In this document: positions 1 to 8,199 of the stretch, piece after piece
How the letters are laid out: each line of letters starts with the position of its first letter
Numbering within the stretch: the first letter of the stretch is position 1
NCBI GenBank assembly: GCA_964465715.1
Contig: CAYXKQ010000002.1
Location: 1 to 27,140 of the forward strand
Reading direction: 5' to 3'
From: an uncultured Chloroflexota bacterium
GTDB lineage: Bacteria; Chloroflexota; UBA11872; VXNJ01
DNA: 27,140 bases
The notes under the pieces: generated by a model
What the model was told of the DNA's origin: nothing
Database searches by the model: none
The model's input: only the letters and a program-made list of their open reading frames with translations
Made by a program: the position numbers and the translations under genes

Positions 1-141
1 GCGGCCGGCCTGCCGCAGCACCTGGCCTACGAACTGGTGCTGGCCGGCGGGGCGCTGCGGATCGGATCGGTGCGCCCGGCAGATCCCGATTTTGTGGCCG
101 CGACCAGGAAGGTCACGCCCGGGTTCAACCGGCCCGCCTAG
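1..141 (+). CDS. 3' end of an unidentified CDS (partial; ...LAYELVLAGGALRIGSVRPADPDFVAATRKVTPGFNRPA*)
   Basis: Frame 1 is open from base 1 to TAG at 139-141 with GC-rich third positions. Its stop overlaps the mnmG stop within CTAG (138-141), as expected for convergent genes. Confidence 0.55.
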   Translation, partial: AAGLPQHLAYELVLAGGALRIGSVRPADPDFVAATRKVTPGFNRPA

Positions 142-2090
142 GCCGCCTGCGCCCTGCGCAGCTGGACCATCAGGACCGCCAGGTCGGACGCGGTCACCCC
201 GGATAGCCGCGAAGCCTGGCCGAGCGTTGCCGGCCGGTGGCGCGCCAACTTGATTCGGGCCTCGGTTCGCAGGCCCTGGATCCCTGAGTAATCGAGCCAG
301 GCCGGGAGGGACGCGTTCTCCTGGGATCGGGCCCGTTCGACCTGGCGCTGCTGCTGCTTGATGTAGCCCGCGTACAGGCTGGTCAGCTCCACCTGCTCGG
401 CGGCTTCGGCCGCAAATCCCGGTTCTCCGGCCAGCTTGCGCAGACCGTTCAGGGTCACCCCGGGGCGCGCCAGCAGGCGGTGCGCCGGGGTCGTCTCGCG
501 CACCGCGGTCTGCCCCAGCCCCAGCAGGTAGGGGTTGACCCGTTCCGGCGCCAGTCGCAACGACCCGAGCCAGCCCTCGGCCCGCGCGATCTGGGATTCC
601 TTGCGCTCCAGTCGGTCCATCCGCTCCCGGTCGGCCAGACCCAGGCGGGCGGCGATCGGGGTCAGCCGTCGGTCGGCGTTGTCCTGGCGCAGCAGCAGTC
701 GGTATTCGGCGCGCGAGGTGTGTACCCGGTAGGGTTCGTCCAGTTCCTTGGTGACCAGGTCGTCGACCATCACCCCCATGTACCCCTGGTGGCGGCCGAT
801 CGTCAGCGGTTCCCGGCCGGTCGCGGTTCGGGCCGCGTTGACGCCGGCCAGAAGGCCCTGGGCGGCGGCCTCCTCGTAGCCGGTGGTGCCATTGATCTGA
901 CCCGCCAGATATAGGCCGGCGGCGGACCGGGCCTCCAGCGTCGCATCGATCTGGTGGGGCGGCACAAAGTCGTATTCGATCGCGTAGCCGTAGCGCAGGA
1001 CGCGCGCATTGGCCAGCGCCGGAACCGATTCGAGCATCGCCTGCTGGACGTCGGCCGGCAGCGAGGTGTTGGCGCCCTGGACGTAAACCGAGCGGTCGGC
1101 GAAACCCTCCGGCTCAAGAAACAGCTGGTGCGAGGACTTTTGCGCGAACCGCACGATCTTGTCCTCGATCGATGGGCAGTAACGCGGTCCGGCGCTCTCG
1201 ATCGTGCCGTCGAACATCGGCGCCCGTTGCAGGTTGTCGGAAATGATCGCGTGCGAACGGGGATTGGTCTGGACGCTGTAGCAGGGCATCTGCAGGGACC
1301 AGTGGCGGGCGCTCACGCCCGGATACCAGGCCGCGGCGGGCTCGCTCAGCCGATGTTCCTCGTCCGGACCGAGAAATGAGAAGTAAAGCGGATCGGGCGA
1401 ACCCGGCTGAAGCTCGCTCAGCCGGTAATCGATGCTCTCGGCGTCGAGCCTTGGCGGAGTGCCGGTTTTCAGGCGCCCGAGCTCAAAACCGTGCTCGCCG
1501 AGGTCTTCGGAGATCCCGAATGCGGCCGGCTCCCCGGCGCGGCCGGCCTGGAACACCTGCTCGCCCATGACGATCCGCCCGTTGAGGAACGTGCCGGTGG
1601 TGATCACCACGCAGCGGCTCGGGATGGCTTCCCCGTCGCCGGTCACGACCCCGCCGATTCGCCAGGAACGGGTGCCGTCCGGCTCCCAGATCAGGCGATC
1701 AACCTGGGCCTGGCGAAGCACCAGGTCCTGGCAGCGCCGCAGCGCGGCGCCCATCGCCCGCGAATAGAGGGCCTTGTCGCACTGGGCGCGCATCGCGCGG
1801 ACGGCGGGCCCCTTGCCTGTATTCAGGGTGCGCATCTGCAACTGGGTACGATCGCTGTTGCGGGCCATCTCCCCGCCCAGGGCGTCGATTTCGCGGACCA
1901 GGTGCCCCTTGGCCGGCCCCCCGATCGACGGGTTGCACGGCATGCCGGCCACTTTTGCAAGGTTCTGGGTGACGAGCATCGTGCGCGCGCCGATGCGCGC
2001 CGACGCCAGCGCGGCCTCGCATCCGGAGTGGCCGGCGCCGACCACGACGACGTCGAACTCGGGGATGGGGTGATTGCGCGCGGGGTTCAT
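138..2090 (-). CDS. mnmG: tRNA uridine-5-carboxymethylaminomethyl(34) synthesis enzyme MnmG/GidA
   Basis: FAD motif VVGAGHSGCEAA, MPCNPSIGGPAKG, RLKTGTPPR, GPRYCPSIEDK, AGQINGTTGYEEAAAQG, SRAEYRLLLRQDNAD; 650 aa. Confidence 0.98.
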   Translation of the reverse strand: MNPARNHPIPEFDVVVVGAGHSGCEAALASARIGARTMLVTQNLAKVAGMPCNPSIGGPAKGHLVREIDALGGEMARNSDRTQLQMRTLNTGKGPAVRAMRAQCDKALYSRAMGAALRRCQDLVLRQAQVDRLIWEPDGTRSWRIGGVVTGDGEAIPSRCVVITTGTFLNGRIVMGEQVFQAGRAGEPAAFGISEDLGEHGFELGRLKTGTPPRLDAESIDYRLSELQPGSPDPLYFSFLGPDEEHRLSEPAAAWYPGVSARHWSLQMPCYSVQTNPRSHAIISDNLQRAPMFDGTIESAGPRYCPSIEDKIVRFAQKSSHQLFLEPEGFADRSVYVQGANTSLPADVQQAMLESVPALANARVLRYGYAIEYDFVPPHQIDATLEARSAAGLYLAGQINGTTGYEEAAAQGLLAGVNAARTATGREPLTIGRHQGYMGVMVDDLVTKELDEPYRVHTSRAEYRLLLRQDNADRRLTPIAARLGLADRERMDRLERKESQIARAEGWLGSLRLAPERVNPYLLGLGQTAVRETTPAHRLLARPGVTLNGLRKLAGEPGFAAEAAEQVELTSLYAGYIKQQQRQVERARSQENASLPAWLDYSGIQGLRTEARIKLARHRPATLGQASRLSGVTASDLAVLMVQLRRAQAA

Positions 2091-2237
2091 ATCCGGGGCG
2101 GGGTTTGGGCCGGTGCGAAAATCGGCTCCGGACCACTGTGTGGGCGATTATCCCGCCCTCCCGACAGCTGCCGGCCGCGGGCCCCTGGCGGACCCCGGTT
2201 CGCGGCTCAAGCCCGAAAAGTGTCAGGGGCCGTAAAT

Positions 2238-2819
2238 TTGCAACCGGCGGACGCCTTCATCCTGCCCACCGAAACCGGGGCCGCGGTCATGTTTGACGAG
2301 CGTTCGCTCAGCGCGGCCGGCGAGCTGCAGCTCGAGGTATACGCTCCATTCGAGCTTTCGCCGGGCGAGATCGACTACCTGCGCGCCGAATGCCAGCAAC
2401 GCCTGGTCAGCGTCCCCCGGCCGCGGGCCAGGAGCATGCTGCGGCGGGTGCCGGTCGCGATCGCCGAGCTGACGATCCTGGGACTGCTCGCCTACTTCTT
2501 CATCGACGCTGGGTTTCCCCAGTGGCCGGTGTTGTTGGTGGCGGTGGCGGCCGGGTTTCTGCCCTCGAGCGCCCAGCTCTTGCTGCGCCGCCGCCGTCGC
2601 GGGCGGCCGGGCCGGATCCTGGCGGCCGGTCCCGGCCTGGACGGGAACTCGGTCCAGCGGATCGGGCAGATATGGGGGCTGACGGCCTCCGGTCAGGCCC
2701 CGAACCACATAGATTTCGAGAATGCAGCCCGCTCGATCGGATGGTTGCAGGCGGTGGCGTTCTACCGGGGGCTGCGCGATCCGGCGCAGCTTCGTCCGCT
2801 CGATTTCAGGGCCACCTAG
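2238..2819 (+). CDS. Hypothetical membrane protein (2-TM hairpin); paralogue 1 of an unnamed domain
   Basis: 3' part of ORF 1491..2819. Preferred start is TTG at 2238 (AGGGG upstream; the N-terminus aligns with the neighbours); the alternative is ATG 2289. Two hydrophobic segments are followed by RRRRRGRP. The stop abuts the next ATG. Confidence 0.75.
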   Translation: MQPADAFILPTETGAAVMFDERSLSAAGELQLEVYAPFELSPGEIDYLRAECQQRLVSVPRPRARSMLRRVPVAIAELTILGLLAYFFIDAGFPQWPVLLVAVAAGFLPSSAQLLLRRRRRGRPGRILAAGPGLDGNSVQRIGQIWGLTASGQAPNHIDFENAARSIGWLQAVAFYRGLRDPAQLRPLDFRAT

Positions 2820-3563
2820 ATGGAGGTCATCTGTCTGGCCATTCCCTTGGCGGAAGGCACCTGGGTGAGGGTCTCGCGGGCCTCGCGGCGCCTCATGGCG
2901 ATCGCTCCGACCGATCCGCCGCAGGCCATCAAGATCTGCTACGGCGGCGAACGGCAGCTCGACTGGGTCGGGGTCGAACTGGCCGCCCGCGCCGAGGCGC
3001 AACGGATTTTCTACGCCACGCGGCCTGGCCCGGGAACGGTTCGGCGGCGCTTTACGGTGCTGCGCAACATCTATGAATTCGCGCTCGGCTTGGGCCTGTT
3101 GGCCTCGGCGCAGGGAATGGCGATCCCGGCCCTGGCGGGCATCTGGATGCTGGCCAAGGCCGGTCTGCGGACGCGGCGTCGGACCCCCAAGCTCGGACGG
3201 CCGCAAAACCTGGCGGCGAGCCCGACGATCCGCTCGGCCCATTCCGGGCTGGCCCGATTGGGGGACTTGTTCGACGACGAGACCGATGAGCGATCGGCGT
3301 ACCTGGGCGCAAGCTCGTTGGCCCGCTCGCTGGCCCTGCCGGAGGCCGAATTCCTATACGAACAACTCCTGGCCGAGCCGAGCGGCCTGCACCCCGGACA
3401 GGTCGATGGGGTGTGGCTGGCCCCGGCGGCCGGACTCGACCGCCCGCTGTTGGCCGGCGGCCCCGGAGGAGAGGCCGAAGCGACCGATGCCGAAATCGAG
3501 GTCATCGACGCCGGCGCGGAGCCGCTTGACGACGACCAGGGCTGGAGCCGGGACGATGGTTGA
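2820..3563 (+). CDS. Hypothetical membrane protein; paralogue 2, with acidic C-terminal tail
   Basis: ATG immediately follows the upstream TAG. Central hydrophobic hairpin then RTRRRTP. Overlaps the next gene by 8 nt. Confidence 0.75.
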   Translation: MEVICLAIPLAEGTWVRVSRASRRLMAIAPTDPPQAIKICYGGERQLDWVGVELAARAEAQRIFYATRPGPGTVRRRFTVLRNIYEFALGLGLLASAQGMAIPALAGIWMLAKAGLRTRRRTPKLGRPQNLAASPTIRSAHSGLARLGDLFDDETDERSAYLGASSLARSLALPEAEFLYEQLLAEPSGLHPGQVDGVWLAPAAGLDRPLLAGGPGGEAEATDAEIEVIDAGAEPLDDDQGWSRDDG

Positions 3564-4602
3564 GGAAAACATCCGCATCCCGGTCGTTTACGGGGACCTC
3601 TACAAGCAGCTCAGCGATGGGGCCGACTGGCAGGATCAGCTCCGCGAACTCGAGCTGGCCTACGACGTTGAACGGATCGCCAGCGCCTCGATCCAGCCCG
3701 GTCTGTCGGCGGACCTGAACGTCTACACGATCGGCGGCGGGACTTCCGGGCGCAGCCTGGCGATTGAAATCGCCCCCCTCTCCCCGACCGGCCCCGAACG
3801 GGTGGCGGCGCGCGCGTTGATCCGGGCGCTGGGATCCGGATCGACCGATCGGCAGCGGCTCCTGCACGCCTGCCTGGTGCGCATCTACGTGATCGAGTTC
3901 CCGCAGGCCAGACGCAGTCGGGGCAGCACCCCGGCCGGCGGCGATTTCCTGGGGGCCGCTCTGGCGCGCTCGGGAGCGCTGGGCGTGCGCGGTTTCTGGG
4001 CCAGTCTGACCGCCCACCTGGAATCAAATCGGCCCGACGTGCTGCTGAGCCTGCGAGATGCCGGCGGCGCGCGCGGGCTGGGTGAAAAGGATGGGTTTCT
4101 CACCATCATGGCCAGCCTCCCACCCGAGGCCCTGGCGGAGCTGGAGCGCCAGCTGGCGGCCGCGTTCAAGCGCGACTGGCCGGGTTCGGCGGCGGCCCGC
4201 GGCTACAAGCGGGCGCGGGCTCGGCTCTCCCGCCTGCGCGAGCACGAAATAGCCCGCTTCATGTCCGCTCACCTGCGGTTCGGCGGCTTGCGCCGGCGTT
4301 TCCGGCCGGTGCCGGACAAGCTGGCCGAGGACGAACTGGCGGTGGGCTATACGCGCAATCTGGCCGAGTTGCGGGCCGCGTTCGGGGCCGGCTTGATCCC
4401 GGCCGAACCAGGCGTTTATCTGGATCTCGGAGGGGCCAGCAGCGCGGTATCGGCGGCCGCCTTTGCGCGCTGGCGGCTGGGCGCCGACGGGCTCAGCGCG
4501 TACGGGACCATGGACGATCCAGCGCGGCGTGCCAATTTCCTACTGGCGGCCGCCTCGGCCGTCATCGCCGGCGCCGCGTCCGGCTCCCTGGATCGGCCTT
4601 AA
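3556..4602 (+). CDS. Hypothetical soluble protein, possibly a degenerate M14 (Zn-carboxypeptidase/desuccinylase) fold
   Basis: ATG 3556 (MVEENIRIP...) is in frame with ORF 3073..4602, has GGAG/GGGA upstream and overlaps the preceding stop; 348 aa. The fold call is inferred from motif order only. Confidence 0.7.
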   Translation: MVEENIRIPVVYGDLYKQLSDGADWQDQLRELELAYDVERIASASIQPGLSADLNVYTIGGGTSGRSLAIEIAPLSPTGPERVAARALIRALGSGSTDRQRLLHACLVRIYVIEFPQARRSRGSTPAGGDFLGAALARSGALGVRGFWASLTAHLESNRPDVLLSLRDAGGARGLGEKDGFLTIMASLPPEALAELERQLAAAFKRDWPGSAAARGYKRARARLSRLREHEIARFMSAHLRFGGLRRRFRPVPDKLAEDELAVGYTRNLAELRAAFGAGLIPAEPGVYLDLGGASSAVSAAAFARWRLGADGLSAYGTMDDPARRANFLLAAASAVIAGAASGSLDRP

Positions 4603-4605
4603 GGC

Positions 4606-6201
4606 ATGCGCGAACCGGAGGACTTCGAGGTCTTCGAAGTTGAAGAGATCGAAGAAATCGATGAGGACCAGGCCCAGGAATCCTCTACCGATCCGGCCCA
4701 GCCCGAAACGCCCGGGGTCGAGGCCGCCGAGCCGGTTGCCGAACCCGCGCCGGCAAGCATCGACCTGCCGGCCGCGACCTACTGCGTGGCCCCCAATCCG
4801 CTGAGCGGGGGCTGGCTGCTGACCCATGACCGCAACCTGGTTCACGCCGCGATGGCTTCCGGGGACTCAGAGCGCGGTCTGCTCGGCCAGCGACCCGATC
4901 TGGGGACCGCTCAGGTCGCCGAACTGGAACGACAGCTCGTTGGCCGCCACTCCGCGGCGCGTCGCCGGTTCTTCGGCCAGACCGCATATCTGGTCATGGT
5001 CGCGCTTGGCTTGCCGTTCCTGGTGGCGTCATTGCTGGGGGCGCTCGGCCTGGCAATGGGTCCGCTGCCGCTGGTCGGCGATGCCGCCGCCGCATTCGTT
5101 GGCTCGGCTGGAGCCAACATCGGCGGGCTGCCGCTGGCCGGGCTGATCTGTTCGGTGCCCGGCCTGGCGCTGGTGATCGCGCAGCTGCGCAGGGCTCCGC
5201 CGCTGCCGCGATTGCCCAGGAATCCGCGCCTGTCGATCGCCGATGGCGGCGCGCTCGAGGACGGGTTTCTGGAAGCGGCGTCGGACATCGTAGCCGAGGC
5301 CCGCGCGCTGGTCGGCGGGAGGGCGGGCCTGCCGCACAGCGATGCGCGTCGCCTGGCCGGCGTGCTCTGGCGACTCGAACGGCTGGCGCTGGAATTTGGG
5401 CTGTTGCCGGCGGCCTCTGCCTACAGCGACCTGGCCCAGTCGGTGTACGCGTTTTCCAACGGCCCGCGCGGACTGGGCGGCCGCGCCCAGCTGCGCCTCA
5501 AGAACGTTGCCTCCGCCTACGACCCTGACGTGAACCCGGGCGGCTCGGCCTGGCTGCAGGCGATCTTCAAGCCGATCGGCGGAATCGTCATCGCACTCTT
5601 ACTTATTGCCATGGCCGGCGTCTTCCGCCTGGCCGACGACCAGTTTGAGATCGTGCGGACCAACACCCTTTGGCAGCCGCCGGGAGCGATCAATTTCGTG
5701 GACTTGACCCGGCAAACGGTCACCGGGGTGAATTTCGAGGGTTCGGACGCGGCGATCGCGGTGACCGGTCCCGGTTGGTACTGGGCGGGACCGCCGCCGC
5801 TTACGCGCCGCGAACAGATCTCGAGGCTTGAGAATTCGCTCACGATAGAGGTCGACATCGGGCAGGCCGCAAACGATTCGGTGGCCACGTTGAGCGCCCG
5901 CTTTGACTACCTGGTCAAGGATCCCCGCGCCTTCGTCGACGCGCGCCTGCGGTACGAGGATCCGGACGACCAGGTGCGCGCTGCCGTCGCCGGTCTGACT
6001 GAAGACGTGTTGGCGGACGAACGCGAGCAACTCGAACTTACGGCGGACCCAACGGCCAGCACCGAACAACTACGCGATAACATGACCGCGATCCTGGAGC
6101 AGGTGATTGCCGCCTCGGCCAGGGATGAATCCCTGGACGAACTCGGAGTGCTCCTAGTCGGGGTGCCGGAATTCGACCTGGGCGAGAAACCAAGTGTCTG
6201 A
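4606..6201 (+). CDS. Multi-pass membrane protein: acidic N-terminus, paralogue-3 domain, TM helix, C-terminal SPFH(Band 7)-like domain
   Basis: 531 aa ORF 3 nt after the upstream stop, with several hydrophobic helices. The C-terminal region contains GPGWYWAGP, FDYLVKDP and LGVLLVGVPEFDL, reminiscent of SPFH domains. Confidence 0.75.
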   Translation: MREPEDFEVFEVEEIEEIDEDQAQESSTDPAQPETPGVEAAEPVAEPAPASIDLPAATYCVAPNPLSGGWLLTHDRNLVHAAMASGDSERGLLGQRPDLGTAQVAELERQLVGRHSAARRRFFGQTAYLVMVALGLPFLVASLLGALGLAMGPLPLVGDAAAAFVGSAGANIGGLPLAGLICSVPGLALVIAQLRRAPPLPRLPRNPRLSIADGGALEDGFLEAASDIVAEARALVGGRAGLPHSDARRLAGVLWRLERLALEFGLLPAASAYSDLAQSVYAFSNGPRGLGGRAQLRLKNVASAYDPDVNPGGSAWLQAIFKPIGGIVIALLLIAMAGVFRLADDQFEIVRTNTLWQPPGAINFVDLTRQTVTGVNFEGSDAAIAVTGPGWYWAGPPPLTRREQISRLENSLTIEVDIGQAANDSVATLSARFDYLVKDPRAFVDARLRYEDPDDQVRAAVAGLTEDVLADEREQLELTADPTASTEQLRDNMTAILEQVIAASARDESLDELGVLLVGVPEFDLGEKPSV

Positions 6202-6925
6202 GCAACAACCCGCCGGCGACGCGGTGCCGCAGGCCCCGGTGACGGCCGGTCAGATACTGCGCGAAATGCGCCAGGCGCACGGCTATTCGCTCGAGCAACT
6301 GGCGGTCCTGACCCGGTTGCGACCGGAGCGGATCGCCGCCCTTGAGCACGATGATTTTGTTCACGCCCCGTTCCGGGCCTACATCGTCGGGCACATCCGG
6401 GTTTACGCCCGCGGGCTGGGCGAGGACCCCACTCCGGCGCTGGATGCGCTGATGTTGCAGCTGGGGCCGCCGGCCGGCGAATCCGTGACCCTCGAATCGG
6501 GAGCCTCGGGCTGGGTCATCGGCCGGGGGCAGCTGCCCTATCTGCTCGCAGCGCTTGGGGCGGTGATTCTGGTGGCGGCCCTATTGTTGATCGCGCGCAA
6601 CAACTCCGCCGAGGAGACCGCCGAATCCGTGGCGGCGGCAACGCCGCCGGCCGCCACGGTAGCCGCCGAGGCGGCCCCCGCCCCCGAACTGATGCTCTCG
6701 GTTACCGCCGACCGCGAGGCGTTCCTGGAAGCGATCGTGGACGGCGAGGTAGTGTTCAGCAGCTTGGTGGCGCCCGGCGAGTTTCACGCCTGGACCGCCA
6801 GCGAGTCGGTCCGCATCAAGAGCGACGACGGCGGTGCGCTGCAGATTCAGGTCGATGGCGAACCGGTCAGCGACGGGCTGACCGAGGGGCGCGAACTGGA
6901 CCGGACCTGGTTCCCCTCCGGCTGA
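6194..6925 (+). CDS. RodZ-like protein (N-terminal HTH, single TM, C-terminal DUF4115-like beta domain)
   Basis: GQILREMRQAHGYSLEQLA...RIAALEHDDF...YIVGHIRVYARGLG matches the RodZ HTH. It is followed by a TM helix and the C-terminal LEAIVDGEVVF...GGALQIQVDG. Confidence 0.85.
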   Translation: MSEQQPAGDAVPQAPVTAGQILREMRQAHGYSLEQLAVLTRLRPERIAALEHDDFVHAPFRAYIVGHIRVYARGLGEDPTPALDALMLQLGPPAGESVTLESGASGWVIGRGQLPYLLAALGAVILVAALLLIARNNSAEETAESVAAATPPAATVAAEAAPAPELMLSVTADREAFLEAIVDGEVVFSSLVAPGEFHAWTASESVRIKSDDGGALQIQVDGEPVSDGLTEGRELDRTWFPSG

Positions 6926-6936
6926 TTGGACCGGGT

Positions 6937-7554
6937 TCAATCCTCGCCCAGCGGGTTGCCCCAGGTTCCGGCGAATACAAAATCTGAGAATTGGCTGCGC
7001 TGACGGGGCGCGGCCTCGCGCTCGCCAACTTCAGGCGCCAGCAGGGCCGGATCACCCGGGTAGCCGATCGCGATCATGGACGCCAGCTCGAATTCTTCCG
7101 GGATTTCGAATTCGGCCCGTGCGCGCTCGCGGTCGTAGCCGCCCATCTGATGGGATACGAGCCCGTGGGAGATCGCCTGCAGGATCAGGTTCATGGTGGC
7201 CATGCCGGTATCGTGCAGGACGAATCGGTTCGGCCGGCCGGTTCGTCCCGATGTCCGGGCGCCGGCCGAAATGATCAGCACGGATGCGTTGCGGGCCCAG
7301 GAGTTGCCGTCGAACAGACAGGCTTCGGCCTTGGCCCGCGCCCGGCGGTCGGTGCGGTCGAAGACCAGGTAGCGCCAGGGCTGGTCGTTGAATGATGACG
7401 GAGCCCAGCGGGCGGCCTCGAGCAGCGTCGCCAAAGTCTCGGCATCGATTTCCCGGTCCGGGTCGAATGCCCGCGGGCTCCAGCGTTGCTTGATCTCGGC
7501 GATCAGCGGCCGATCGGTGGTGGCCGGTTTGGCGGGAATCACATCGTTGCGCAT
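6937..7554 (-). CDS. Nitroreductase family protein
   Basis: RWSPRAF, LLEAARWAPSSFNDQPWRY, HQMGGYD, IAIGYPG. ATG at 7554 with AAGGA upstream; the ORF-track extension to 7683 is unlikely. Confidence 0.93.
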   Translation of the reverse strand: MRNDVIPAKPATTDRPLIAEIKQRWSPRAFDPDREIDAETLATLLEAARWAPSSFNDQPWRYLVFDRTDRRARAKAEACLFDGNSWARNASVLIISAGARTSGRTGRPNRFVLHDTGMATMNLILQAISHGLVSHQMGGYDRERARAEFEIPEEFELASMIAIGYPGDPALLAPEVGEREAAPRQRSQFSDFVFAGTWGNPLGED

Positions 7555-7690
7555 AGGGGTCCTTACTGGACGAGAAATCGGGGAATCGGGACCGGATCTT
7601 GGCAATTCAATGCCGTACTGCTCATTTGGCGGCCCAGGCCGTCGACCAACGGCGGTGCCCGGCTCGGAATTGCAGCGTCCCAATTCTGAA

Positions 7691-8116
7691 TCAGTTTTCG
7701 GACTCGCAGTTGATCATCCAGTTGGTCCCAAACTTGTCGATACAAGCACCGAAGTACGAACCCCAGAACATCACGCCCAACGGCATGGTCACGGTCCCGC
7801 CGTCGCTGAGCATTCCGAAAACCCGGTCGGCTTCGCCGCGGTTCGGGGGCGCGTAGGAGATTGAAAGGTTGCTGGCCGGCGGGATCGGCGTTCCGTAAGC
7901 CGAGGGCACGTCGCTACCCATGAGCACACTCTCGCCAATGGGCAGGGAAACGTGCATGATGTTCTCGAGCTCTTCCTCGCTGACCTCCATCTCCATGTCA
8001 CCCGGAGCCTCTCCGAACGTTTCAAGGATCGAAAAATCACCGCCGAACACGGATCGGTAGAACTCGAACGCCGCCCGGCAATTGCCGCCGAGGGTCAGGT
8101 AGGGATTTAGCGTCAT
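7691..8116 (-). CDS. VOC/glyoxalase superfamily protein, PhnB-like
   Basis: LNPYLTLGGNCRAAFEFYRSVFGG, IMHVSL, LMGSD, FWGSYFGACIDKFGTNWMI. Confidence 0.92.
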   Translation of the reverse strand: MTLNPYLTLGGNCRAAFEFYRSVFGGDFSILETFGEAPGDMEMEVSEEELENIMHVSLPIGESVLMGSDVPSAYGTPIPPASNLSISYAPPNRGEADRVFGMLSDGGTVTMPLGVMFWGSYFGACIDKFGTNWMINCESEN

Positions 8117-8199
8117 CGGGACCTCGATTGATGGTCAGGGGCGGCCCGTCGGCAGCACGCTGCGCGGCGCGGACCGCGGAGATCATAACCGCCCAAATC

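Noticed and set aside
1491..2237. 5' extension of ORF 1491..2819
   Set aside because: Mostly the antisense shadow of mnmG; plausible coding starts only at ~2238.
3073..3555. 5' extension of ORF 3073..4602
   Set aside because: Overlaps the 2820 gene in another frame and is Arg/Pro/Trp-rich; the coupled ATG is at 3556.
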